Assembly (NCBI GenBank): GCA_963635945.1
Contig: CAVHIJ010000001.1
Span: 31,244 to 87,064 of the forward strand
Length of the DNA stretch: 55,821 nucleotides
Source: a bacterium
GTDB taxonomy: Bacteria; Bacillota; Negativicutes; Veillonellales; Dialisteraceae
Reading direction: 5' to 3'
Within the stretch, counting starts at the first letter, position 1; each line of letters starts with the position of its first letter. Shown here piece by piece: positions 38,175 to 46,449 of the stretch. Below the pieces are notes generated by a model. The model did not search any database, was not told where the DNA came from, and saw nothing but the letters and a program-made list of their open reading frames with translations. The translations under genes were made by a program, and so were the position numbers.

Positions 38175-39191
38175 ATGGAGAACGCAAAGATTATGGTCAT
38201 CGGTGTAGGTGGGGGCGGAAATAATGCCGTCAGAAATATGATTGAAGCCGATGTGGCCGGTGTGGATTTTGTCGCCGTAAATACGGAAGCACAGGTTCTC
38301 GATAATTCCCCCGCACCGACGAAAATTCAAATAGGGGAAAAATTGACGAGAGGCCTCGGAGCCGGAGCAAAGCCGGAAATCGGTGAGCAGGCTGCCGAAG
38401 AATCCAAAGACGAAATCACCAAAGCGTTGCAGGGTGTCGATATGGTTTTCGTTACGGCCGGTATGGGCGGCGGCACCGGGACGGGTGCGGCTCCCATCGT
38501 CGCAAGATGCGCCAAGGAGCTTGGAGCTCTTACGGTCGGCGTTGTCACGAAGCCGTTTCCTTTTGAAGGAAAGGTTCGTGCACGCAATGCGGATTCCGGC
38601 ATTGAAAAATTGAAACAAAATGTAGATACGCTTCTCATTGTTCCGAATGAAAAATTGCTCTCGACACTCGATAAAGCGGTATCGCTCAAAAATGCGTTCC
38701 GTGCGGCCGATGATATTCTCCGACAGGGTATTCAGGGGATTTCCGATTTGATTACGGTACCGGGTGTCATCAATTTGGATTTCGCTGATGTGAAAACGAT
38801 TATGAGCGATCAGGGCGAAGCATTGATGGGTATCGGGATAGCATCCGGTGAAAATCGTGCGGTCGACGCCGCGAAAATGGCGATTTCTTCCCCGCTTCTC
38901 GAACGTTCCATAGATGGTGCGAAGGGAATTATCATCAGCATCGCCGGTAGCGAAGATTTGGGACTTTTCGAAATTAACGAAGCATCTCAGATTATCACTG
39001 AAGCGGCCGATCCGGAAGCCAATATCATCTGGGGTACGTCTGTGGATCCCATATTCGAAGACAGTGTAAAAATCACCGTTATCGCGACCGGATTTGACGA
39101 AAAGAGAAAAATCGGGCCGCAGATGTCCGCTCGGTCCGCAGGCGGTGCCAATTCCGGCTTGACCGTACCTGATTTCCTGATGAAGAAATAA
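38175..39191 (+). CDS. ftsZ: cell division protein FtsZ
   Basis: [14 protein letters not shown], tubulin signature [10 protein letters not shown] and a C-terminal docking peptide [19 protein letters not shown]. 338 aa. Confidence 0.97.
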   Translation: MENAKIMVIGVGGGGNNAVRNMIEADVAGVDFVAVNTEAQVLDNSPAPTKIQIGEKLTRGLGAGAKPEIGEQAAEESKDEITKALQGVDMVFVTAGMGGGTGTGAAPIVARCAKELGALTVGVVTKPFPFEGKVRARNADSGIEKLKQNVDTLLIVPNEKLLSTLDKAVSLKNAFRAADDILRQGIQGISDLITVPGVINLDFADVKTIMSDQGEALMGIGIASGENRAVDAAKMAISSPLLERSIDGAKGIIISIAGSEDLGLFEINEASQIITEAADPEANIIWGTSVDPIFEDSVKITVIATGFDEKRKIGPQMSARSAGGANSGLTVPDFLMKK

Positions 39192-39240
39192 GTCCTTAAA
39201 TTCTATTATAGACTGAAAAGCAGCCATGTCCTGCTGTAGA

Positions 39241-39276
39241 AGAACCGTATGCTGTGGCAGTGCGGTTCTTTTTTTG
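39241..39276 (+). terminator. rho-independent terminator after ftsZ
   Basis: AGAACCG ... CGGTTCT stem followed by TTTTTTT. Confidence 0.8.
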
Positions 39277-39316
39277 GGAATGTACATTTTTGGCATTCAG
39301 TGCGGGGAGGTAAATT

Positions 39317-39886
39317 ATGAGATGTCCGTATTGTAAAAATAATCGTACCAAAGTATTGGATTCCCGTGAATCGGATGACGGGAATGCCATTCGCCGCCGC
39401 CGGCAGTGTAAAGTATGTTTGCAACGTTTTACTACGTATGAAATTGTCGAAAAAAATGAAATTCGCGTCGTGAAAAAACATGGTGTGCGCGAAAGTTTCA
39501 AAATAGAAAAAATCAGAAGAGGTATTGTGCTTGCCTGTGAAAAGCTCAATATTTCCGCCGCAAAAATCGATGAAACGGTCGATTGTATTGAGACGCGGAT
39601 TCGGACCGGATATCCGCGCGAAATCACGACGACGGTCATCGGCAATATAGTCATGGAAGAATTGAAAAAGCTCCATCAGGTCGCTTACGTTCGTTTTGCC
39701 GCCGTGTATCGAGAATTTCGCGATATCGATTCTTTCCTTTTGGAATTGGAATCTCTCAGAAACGGAGAAATTGATGCTAAAACAGAAAAGCCTGCGGAGC
39801 ATAAGACTGTTCCGGCCGATGAAGTGAAGCCGGTGAAGAAAAATAAAAAAGCAAAGAAGTCCGAATTCAAAGGGGATGAGACATAA
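39317..39886 (+). CDS. nrdR: transcriptional repressor NrdR
   Basis: Zinc ribbon (MRCPYCKNNRTKVLDSR ... CKVCLQRFTTYE) plus ATP-cone, followed by a roughly 35-aa Lys-rich C-terminal tail. Confidence 0.93.
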   Translation: MRCPYCKNNRTKVLDSRESDDGNAIRRRRQCKVCLQRFTTYEIVEKNEIRVVKKHGVRESFKIEKIRRGIVLACEKLNISAAKIDETVDCIETRIRTGYPREITTTVIGNIVMEELKKLHQVAYVRFAAVYREFRDIDSFLLELESLRNGEIDAKTEKPAEHKTVPADEVKPVKKNKKAKKSEFKGDET

Positions 39887-39895
39887 GGAGAGAAT

Positions 39896-40468
39896 ATGGA
39901 AACGAAACGCATCGAAGATTGTTTTTTCGCACATCGGCGGGTACTTTCCGAGACGGAAGCGCTCGTTCCGCAAATTGCCGCTATGGCCGATTGCTGTGTC
40001 CGTGCGCTTAAAAGCGGACATAAAATTTTAATTTGCGGAAACGGTGGCAGTGCGGCGGACGCACAGCATATCGCCGCCGAGCTCGTCGGTCGTTTTCACA
40101 GGGAAAGACGATCGCTTTCCGCTATCGCACTTACGACGGATACATCGATTCTGACGTCTGTTTCCAATGATTATAGTTACGACGATGTCTTTTCACGGCA
40201 GATTGAAGGATTGGGGACGGCAGGAGATGTGCTTTGGTGCATTACAACGAGCGGAAATAGTGAAAATATATTGCGCGCCGTACGTTTAGCCAAAGAGATG
40301 GGTTTGACGGTGGTGGCGTCGCTCGGGAAAGGCGGCGGTAAAACGGCACCGCTTTGCGATGTTTCCTTTATTGTACCGGCCGATTCGACGGCGCGGATTC
40401 AGGAAATGCATATATTGGCTGCGCATGCCGTTTGCGAAATTATCGATGAGACGGATTGGGATGCCTGA
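39896..40468 (+). CDS. gmhA: D-sedoheptulose 7-phosphate isomerase (phosphoheptose isomerase)
   Basis: SIS domain with GNGGSAADAQHIAAELVGRF. 190 aa. Confidence 0.9.
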   Translation: METKRIEDCFFAHRRVLSETEALVPQIAAMADCCVRALKSGHKILICGNGGSAADAQHIAAELVGRFHRERRSLSAIALTTDTSILTSVSNDYSYDDVFSRQIEGLGTAGDVLWCITTSGNSENILRAVRLAKEMGLTVVASLGKGGGKTAPLCDVSFIVPADSTARIQEMHILAAHAVCEIIDETDWDA

Positions 40469-40983
40469 TGGGACAAAAAGCGTTGTTTTTCGATCGGGAC
40501 GGCGTTCTGAATGAGGATGCCGGATATTTGTGTCGATACGAGGATCTGCGTTGGATTCCCGGTGCACGGGAATTGGTCGGCAAAATGTGCAGCTGCGGTT
40601 GGCTTCTTTTTGTCGTGACGAATCAGAGCGGTGTGGCACGCGGTTTCTATACGGAAGAAGATGTGAAACGACTTCATGAGACCATGGATGCGGAGTTTCG
40701 GAAATTCGGCGGATTTATCACGGAATATTACTATTGCCCGCATCTTGCGGGAGCGCCCGTTTCTGCTTATGATGTCGATTGCGATTGCAGGAAACCGAAG
40801 CCCGGTATGATTACGACCGCAATGAAAAAATACAAGCTTTTACCGGAAGATTGTATCCTTATCGGTGACAGTGTGCGTGATATCGAAGCGGCGGAGGCGG
40901 CCGGCATTCGCGGTTTCCTTTTTAAAGAAGATAATCTGTATGATTTTGTCGTGAAGTGTGTGTCCGGAAACGAAACGAAATGA
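40468..40983 (+). CDS. gmhB: D-glycero-D-manno-heptose 1,7-bisphosphate phosphatase
   Basis: HAD motif FFDRDGVLNED and the GmhB-type zinc loop CPH...CDCRKPKPGM. TGATG overlap with the gmhA stop. Confidence 0.88.
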   Translation: MGQKALFFDRDGVLNEDAGYLCRYEDLRWIPGARELVGKMCSCGWLLFVVTNQSGVARGFYTEEDVKRLHETMDAEFRKFGGFITEYYYCPHLAGAPVSAYDVDCDCRKPKPGMITTAMKKYKLLPEDCILIGDSVRDIEAAEAAGIRGFLFKEDNLYDFVVKCVSGNETK

Positions 40984-41972
40984 ACTGTCAAAATATTCTT
41001 ATCATCAAAATGAGCTCGTTGGGAGATGTGATTCATGCCCTGCCCACTTTGTATGCGCTTAGGAAACATTTTCCCCGGGCGCAGATTACATGGGCGGTGC
41101 ATCCCGCTTTTTCCGCACTTCTTCCGGGGAAACCGTGGGTGGATGAAATTTATCCCATCGACAGGAAACGGATCAAGAAAATTTCTTATCTTGCACAATT
41201 GCATCGGGATTTGTCGTCGCGGCATTTTGATTTGGTGATCGATTTACAAATGATTGCCAAAAGTGCGCTCGTCGCTGCATTGTCCGGCGGAAAGAAAAAA
41301 ATCGGGTATCAAGATGCGCGCGAAGGGAGTTTCTTGGCATCTAAACCGATTAAAGGTGCGCATTGGGACGGGCACATCATTGAGCAGCTTTTGGATGTGG
41401 CAGAGTATCTCGGTTGTGATATTTCCGAAATCGAATTTCCGATATGCGAACATGAGGAGGAGAAAATACGGGTAAAGAAAATGCTTTCCCGGAGCGGTGT
41501 GTCGGATACGTATGTCGTCCTTGTGCCGGGTACGCGGGGCGAATATAAGAAATGGCCGATTGAATATTGGGGTGAGCTTGCCGCTCGTCTGGCCGAACGG
41601 AAAATTTTCACGGTGATTTCCGGTGCGCCGTCCGAAGCGGATATGGGGAAGGCGATTCGGGAATTGTCGCCCACGTCGTATACGGTTGATTTTATCGGAA
41701 AGACGAATTTGCCAGAGCTTGCCGCTTTGGATGAAATGGCATCTCTTCACATTTCCTGCGACACGGGGCCGCTTCATATTGCCAATGCTGTGAAAACGCC
41801 GATTATTGCGCTTTTCGGGCCGACGCTTCCGGATCGCAGCGGGCCTTTCGGAAACCCGAATGCCGATACGCTTCTGGCGGAGAATCCCGGGAAAGAATCG
41901 ACGAAAATGGAAACAATTTCCGTGGACAGCGTGTATGATTTGGCTTTGAAAAAATTGAATCTTTTCAAATAA
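40980..41972 (+). CDS. glycosyltransferase family 9 (ADP-heptose:LPS heptosyltransferase, WaaC/WaaF-like)
   Basis: ILIIKMSSLGDVIHALP N-terminus and C-terminal DTGPLHIA motif. ATGA overlap with the gmhB stop. Confidence 0.85.
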   Translation: MNCQNILIIKMSSLGDVIHALPTLYALRKHFPRAQITWAVHPAFSALLPGKPWVDEIYPIDRKRIKKISYLAQLHRDLSSRHFDLVIDLQMIAKSALVAALSGGKKKIGYQDAREGSFLASKPIKGAHWDGHIIEQLLDVAEYLGCDISEIEFPICEHEEEKIRVKKMLSRSGVSDTYVVLVPGTRGEYKKWPIEYWGELAARLAERKIFTVISGAPSEADMGKAIRELSPTSYTVDFIGKTNLPELAALDEMASLHISCDTGPLHIANAVKTPIIALFGPTLPDRSGPFGNPNADTLLAENPGKESTKMETISVDSVYDLALKKLNLFK

Positions 41973-41974
41973 AA

Positions 41975-42007
41975 AATTCTGCGTACTTATGACGCAGAAT
42001 TTTTTTC
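41975..42007. terminator. bidirectional rho-independent terminator between convergent genes
   Basis: AATTCTGCGT-acttatg-ACGCAGAATT stem flanked by an A-run on one side and a T-run on the other. Confidence 0.85.
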
Positions 42008-42015
42008 GTGGAAAA

Positions 42016-42534
42016 TTATTCCGTTTCCTTGCTTTCCCGCCAAGCGGTGAAATTGGTAAAACCGCACCAGATGAGGCCGATGCCGGCGACATAGATGAAT
42101 ATTTTCATGGCGTAAAGCGGCATGATAAACATTGCGGCGCCTACGAGAATTTGTCCTGCTGCCGCCAATATATAAATATGAGGCGAGGGGATTTGCGATT
42201 TGGTTTTTAGATAAAACGTAATCAGCATCCCGCCGCGCATGAGAATGTAGGCGGCGAACATGTACGGCATGAGGACGATGAGCCATTTGTAATTGCCGGA
42301 TGTCAAAAGCCAGATACCGAAAAGAATATCGAAGCCGGCCATGAGAAGTCGGACGCCGGAGCGATTTTCTGCCGTGGCTGTGAGATGGCGCATCATTTGC
42401 GAGACACCGCTCATAAAAATCGCAACGCCCGCATAAATGGCGGCCATTTCCATCGCCAATTCCGGTTTGATGAAGAAATAAACGCCCGCAACGCCGAAAA
42501 ATACGGAAGAAATAATAAGCCAAAAAGAATGCAT
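42016..42534 (-). CDS. HdeD/DUF308-type small membrane protein
   Basis: 172 aa, six TM helices with the repeated DUF308-like pattern. GGAGGG RBS 6 nt upstream of the ATG. Confidence 0.65.
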   Translation of the reverse strand: MHSFWLIISSVFFGVAGVYFFIKPELAMEMAAIYAGVAIFMSGVSQMMRHLTATAENRSGVRLLMAGFDILFGIWLLTSGNYKWLIVLMPYMFAAYILMRGGMLITFYLKTKSQIPSPHIYILAAAGQILVGAAMFIMPLYAMKIFIYVAGIGLIWCGFTNFTAWRESKETE

Positions 42535-42555
42535 GAGGAACCCTCCGATTTAAAA

Positions 42556-42603
42556 TATTGATATTCATATTAATAGTATAACATTGATCGCGAAAATTTC
42601 AAT
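42556..42603. promoter_or_regulatory. operator-like repeats within the promoter of the HdeD-like gene
   Basis: Minus-strand promoter: TTGAAA (42597-42602), 16-nt spacer, TATACT (42575-42580). ATTGA-N11-TCAAT (42583-42603) overlaps the -35. A 20-bp imperfect palindrome TATTGATATTCATATTAATA (42556-42575, 16 of 20 positions symmetric) abuts the -10 and covers the predicted start site. Confidence 0.45.
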
Positions 42604-42621
42604 CGGGATTCTCGGAATGGG

Positions 42622-42649
42622 TTGAGATATAAAAGATTTGTGATATAAT
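42622..42649 (+). promoter_or_regulatory. candidate promoter of the LysR-family gene
   Basis: TTGAGA, 16-nt spacer, TATAAT with extended TG (TGaTATAAT). Confidence 0.5.
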
Positions 42650-42723
42650 ATATAAAATATTTCTATTTCCCATATAAATAAAGACATGATGTGTGATGTA
42701 TGGAATGAGGGGCGTACGGAATT

Positions 42724-43677
42724 ATGAATAACACCGACTGGAAAATTCTGATTTATCTTCGGGAAGAACGCAGTATCAATAAAGTGGCGAAGCGGCTTTT
42801 CATGACACAGCCTTCGCTTACATACCGTTTGGATCAGATGGAAAAGGAAATCGGTGTGCCGCTTTTCATCCGCACCAATAAAGGCGTGCATTTTACGGAT
42901 GCGGGTCTTCGGCTTTTCTCGTATGCGGAGAAAGAATTACAACAATATCAGGATATGAAAAATTTCGTCACGCATGAAAGAAGCACGATTTCCGGTGTGC
43001 TTCGCATCGGGGCGAGTCGTTCTTTCACGCAATCTCATATGCCCGCTCTTTTAAAAGGGTTTGTGGATCAATATGCGGATATCGAAATTTCCCTGACGCA
43101 AGGGGCCAGTGACCGCCTGACGAAAATGGTGAAAAAAGAAGATATTCAGCTTGCCATCGTGCGCGGGGATCAGGATTGGAATGAAATGGATATATTGCTG
43201 GATAATGCGCCCATGTATCTTATTTCCGCCGGGAAAATCGATTACAGCACGTTGGCCAATCAGCCGACGATTCGTTATCGCTCGGATCCGTCGCTCGATG
43301 AAATACGTACGCGTTGGTGGAGAGAAAATGTCGGTGAACCGCCGCAATTCATGTTGGCCGTCGACGATTGCCTGACCTGTGTGGAAATCGTAAACGCCGG
43401 TCTCGGTCATTGTGTCATTCCGGGAGACTTGATTACGAAATGCGCACCGCATGTGTATCGCCAGATTTTGACGGATTCTAAAGGAAACCCGGTCTATCGT
43501 CCGAGTCATCTCATTTGCAAAAATGCGATGACGGTCTCGGCGCCTGTGCAGACATTCATCAATTATGCACGTAAATTTTTCGATGAAAATCCGTTGGTAC
43601 GTATTTACGAAGAAGATATCGAAAAGGCGGAAGAAGATCAGCCGGAAACAAATGACACCGCGGCGTGTGAAGCATGA
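42724..43677 (+). CDS. LysR family transcriptional regulator
   Basis: N-terminal HTH (SINKVAKRLFMTQPSLTYRLDQMEKEIGVPLF) plus a LysR substrate-binding domain. Divergent from the HdeD-like gene. Confidence 0.9.
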   Translation: MNNTDWKILIYLREERSINKVAKRLFMTQPSLTYRLDQMEKEIGVPLFIRTNKGVHFTDAGLRLFSYAEKELQQYQDMKNFVTHERSTISGVLRIGASRSFTQSHMPALLKGFVDQYADIEISLTQGASDRLTKMVKKEDIQLAIVRGDQDWNEMDILLDNAPMYLISAGKIDYSTLANQPTIRYRSDPSLDEIRTRWWRENVGEPPQFMLAVDDCLTCVEIVNAGLGHCVIPGDLITKCAPHVYRQILTDSKGNPVYRPSHLICKNAMTVSAPVQTFINYARKFFDENPLVRIYEEDIEKAEEDQPETNDTAACEA

Positions 43678-43702
43678 ATTCCGTTTTTTGAAAAAATAAA
43701 AG

Positions 43703-43725
43703 AGACGCTTATGCGTCTTTTTTTT
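43703..43725 (+). terminator. rho-independent terminator after the LysR-family gene
   Basis: AGACGC-ttat-GCGTCT stem followed by TTTTTTTT. Confidence 0.8.
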
Positions 43726-43776
43726 GGAATTTTCCGAAAACGGAAACCGAAGGGTATAAAAAATTTTCATGAGGTC

Positions 43777-43805
43777 TTGCATGACGCTCATGCTTTGCAT
43801 ATAAT
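43777..43805 (+). promoter_or_regulatory. promoter of the uracil permease gene
   Basis: TTGCAT, 17-nt spacer, TATAAT. Confidence 0.65.
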
Positions 43806-43846
43806 ATTTGAGGTTTGTATACGTTTCGTTTCCAGAGGAGGAAGAT

Positions 43847-45115
43847 ATGCAGAAGAGAATTATCCATGTGGATGAACGACTGCCGATTTTGCCGACGATT
43901 CCGCTCGCACTTCAGCATTTGTTCGCAATGTTCGGCTCGACCGTACTCGTTCCTTTTTTGCTCAATGTGGATCCCGCTACCTGTCTTTTTATGAACGGTA
44001 TCGGGACCTTGTTGTATTTGTCCGTTTGTAAATGGCGCTTGCCGGCGTATTTGGGGTCGAGTTTTGCATTTATTTCTCCCGTTCTCGCCGTTTGTGCGTC
44101 TCCCGGTATGTCTTACGGGGATGCGCAAGGAGGGTTTATCGCTTTCGGTCTCTGCTTTATTTTGGTCTCCCTTATTGTTTCCAAAATCGGGACCGGTTGG
44201 ATTGACATTCTTTTCCCACCGGCCGCGATGGGCGCAATTGTCGCCATCATCGGGCTGGAACTCGCTCCTCTTGCCATGAGTATGGCCGGGTATTCCGGTG
44301 AAGTACAGGGGATGTCGAATGAAACGGCAATGATTATCTCGACGTTTACGCTCGTCGTTACGATTTTGGTGAGTACGCTCGGCCGCGGATTCCTCGGTAT
44401 CATTCCGATTCTGTGCGGCGTTGTGGCCGGGTATATTCTTTCGTACTTCATGGGGGTCGTCGATTTTGCGAATGTGGCGGAAACGCCGTGGTTCGCATTC
44501 CCGACATTCTATAAGCCGAGCTTTAATTTCTCTGCCATTATGATGATTCTGCCGGCAGTCTTTGTCGTCTTGGCCGAACATTTGGGACATCTTTTCGTCA
44601 CGAGTGATATTGTGGGTCGCGATTTGATAAAAGATCCGGGCCTGCATCGTTCGCTTTTTGCAGACGGCCTTTCGAATATTCTTTCCGGGTTTGCCGGCTC
44701 CACGCCGAATACGACGTACGGTGAAAATATGGGCGTCATGGCCATCACCGGTGTATACAGCACCTATGTAATCGGCGGCGCCGCCTGCTTTGCGATACTC
44801 TTCAGCTTCGTCGGAAAAGTCGCGGCGCTCATTCACGGTATTCCGACGCCGGTTATGGGCGGGGTGTGCATCCTTCTCTTCGGTTTCATCGCATCCAGCG
44901 GGCTTCGCATGTTCATCGAGAAAAAAGTGGATTTCACAAAATCCAAAAATTTGATTCTGACGGCCGTCACGATGATTACCGGATTGTCCGGTGCAACGGT
45001 TGTTTTGGGACCGATTCAGCTTAAGGGAATGGGTCTTGCGACGGTTGTGGCCATTATTCTTTCTCTTGTTTTCCTCTTCTTCTCCAAAACACATATGGAT
45101 AACGACGCGGAATAA
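43847..45115 (+). CDS. uraA: uracil permease (NCS2 / uracil-xanthine permease family)
   Basis: ATG 43847 follows GGAGGAAG. 422 aa, about 12-14 TM helices, with QHLFAMFGSTVLVP and NTTYGENMGVMAITG NCS2 motifs. Confidence 0.82.
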   Translation: MQKRIIHVDERLPILPTIPLALQHLFAMFGSTVLVPFLLNVDPATCLFMNGIGTLLYLSVCKWRLPAYLGSSFAFISPVLAVCASPGMSYGDAQGGFIAFGLCFILVSLIVSKIGTGWIDILFPPAAMGAIVAIIGLELAPLAMSMAGYSGEVQGMSNETAMIISTFTLVVTILVSTLGRGFLGIIPILCGVVAGYILSYFMGVVDFANVAETPWFAFPTFYKPSFNFSAIMMILPAVFVVLAEHLGHLFVTSDIVGRDLIKDPGLHRSLFADGLSNILSGFAGSTPNTTYGENMGVMAITGVYSTYVIGGAACFAILFSFVGKVAALIHGIPTPVMGGVCILLFGFIASSGLRMFIEKKVDFTKSKNLILTAVTMITGLSGATVVLGPIQLKGMGLATVVAIILSLVFLFFSKTHMDNDAE

Positions 45116-45135
45116 TTCGTATTCACATAAAAAGA

Positions 45136-45164
45136 GGGCTCGGATATTGTCTGAGCCCTTTTGT
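45136..45164. terminator. bidirectional terminator between convergent uraA and the amidase gene
   Basis: GGGCTCGGA-tattg-TCTGAGCCC stem flanked by an A-run and a T-run. Confidence 0.75.
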
Positions 45165-45183
45165 GTTGCATGGGGATATGTTT

Positions 45184-46290
45184 TTATGCTTGATCGAAAT
45201 AATCAACGATGCCTTTATAGATACTTTGTGCAATGGATTTGGCGCCCCAGGAAGATGTCAGCATTTTGAGGCGGTGACTGTTGGAAATGAATCCCATTTC
45301 CAGGAGAATAGAAGGCATTTTCGTATGGACATTCACATAAAGATTATTGGAACGCACGCCGCGATCCGGGATGGCGAGATTATTGATGAGGGAAGAATGC
45401 ACATATTTAGCCAAGAGCAAATCCCTCGATGTTTTCGGATAATAGTACACCGTCGTGCCGTCGACGGCATTATTGGAAAAAGAATCGATATGAATGGAAA
45501 CGAAAATATCCGCTTTGGCTTTGTTTCCGATATTGCAACGTGCCTGGAGTTCCTTGATGTCGTCTGCATATGCGCTGTAGACGTCTTTATCCGTTTCATG
45601 CGTCATGATGACTTTGGCGCCGGAGACTTTCAGCATTTCGACTAAAGGTTTGGCGATGGACATGTTGATGTCTTTTTCGTAATACGTTTTTCCGTCGAGT
45701 GTGGCGATGGCGCCCACATCCGCGCCGCCGTGGCCGGGATCGATGCAAATGGTTTTATTTTTCAACACTTTTTTGGCCTTGGCCGTTACGGAATAAGAAG
45801 TTGATTTTGTGTTTTTCTTTTCGGAAACGGGAGCCGTCGTTTTTGTTGTCGATGGTTCCGTCGAAGATGCTTTCGAAGGAATATCGATGACAAGGCGGTG
45901 TGGGCGACCGGCTGCGGCGTCCGGTTTCAGCGGGAAGACTTTTAAATCCGAAGAGGTGAGGGCGTTTGCCATATCGGCGGTGATTTTGGTATCAGTGCCT
46001 TCCGTCTTGACCGTAAAGCTTTTCACGTTCTGTTTGGAAACGATATAGGAGGCGGAAACGGCTGAAGCAAGATCGGTGTCTTTCACCGTGAGATGCAGCG
46101 TTTTCCCGTCGTCCGCAAGGGAAGCTTCCGCTTTGACGGCTGCGGAAAGTTCGATGACGATGCGCACAAAGGGTGTCGACGTATCCGTTCGTGCGGCCCA
46201 GAAAATGCCGTTTATCGTAGCAGCTTCAGCACCGGCGGAAATCAGAAAAGAAAACAGGAGAGACAGCAGGCAAAGAAAAATTTGTTTCAT
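45184..46290 (-). CDS. N-acetylmuramoyl-L-alanine amidase with N-terminal AMIN domain (AmiC-like)
   Basis: Signal peptide MKQIFLCLLSLLFSFLISAGAEA, AMIN-like domain (VRIVIELSAAV...LHLTVKD), low-complexity linker, and Amidase_3 domain (ICIDPGHGGADVGA ... SIHIDS ... LLEMGFISN). Confidence 0.9.
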   Translation of the reverse strand: MKQIFLCLLSLLFSFLISAGAEAATINGIFWAARTDTSTPFVRIVIELSAAVKAEASLADDGKTLHLTVKDTDLASAVSASYIVSKQNVKSFTVKTEGTDTKITADMANALTSSDLKVFPLKPDAAAGRPHRLVIDIPSKASSTEPSTTKTTAPVSEKKNTKSTSYSVTAKAKKVLKNKTICIDPGHGGADVGAIATLDGKTYYEKDINMSIAKPLVEMLKVSGAKVIMTHETDKDVYSAYADDIKELQARCNIGNKAKADIFVSIHIDSFSNNAVDGTTVYYYPKTSRDLLLAKYVHSSLINNLAIPDRGVRSNNLYVNVHTKMPSILLEMGFISNSHRLKMLTSSWGAKSIAQSIYKGIVDYFDQA

Positions 46291-46347
46291 ATGTACCTCT
46301 ATATAAAATATGTTTTCGAAATATATTTTTACTGTTTAGATAAAAAT

Positions 46348-46376
46348 AATATAACACCGACATTCCGGAATGTCAA
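46348..46376 (-). promoter_or_regulatory. amidase promoter containing a perfect 16-bp palindrome
   Basis: Minus strand: TTGACA (46371-46376), 17-nt spacer, TATATT (46348-46353). GACATTCCGGAATGTC (46359-46374) is perfectly self-complementary and spans part of the -35 and the spacer. Confidence 0.6.
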
Positions 46377-46403
46377 AGGGCATGCGGATTTTCGCATATG
46401 TAA

Positions 46404-46437
46404 AAAGCCGTGACGCTCGTATTGAGGTCACGGCTTT
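46404..46437 (-). terminator. rho-independent terminator after putP
   Basis: AAAGCCGTGAC ... GTCACGGCTTT 11-bp stem with a T-run on the minus strand. Confidence 0.85.
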
Positions 46438-46449
46438 GAGATATTCATT

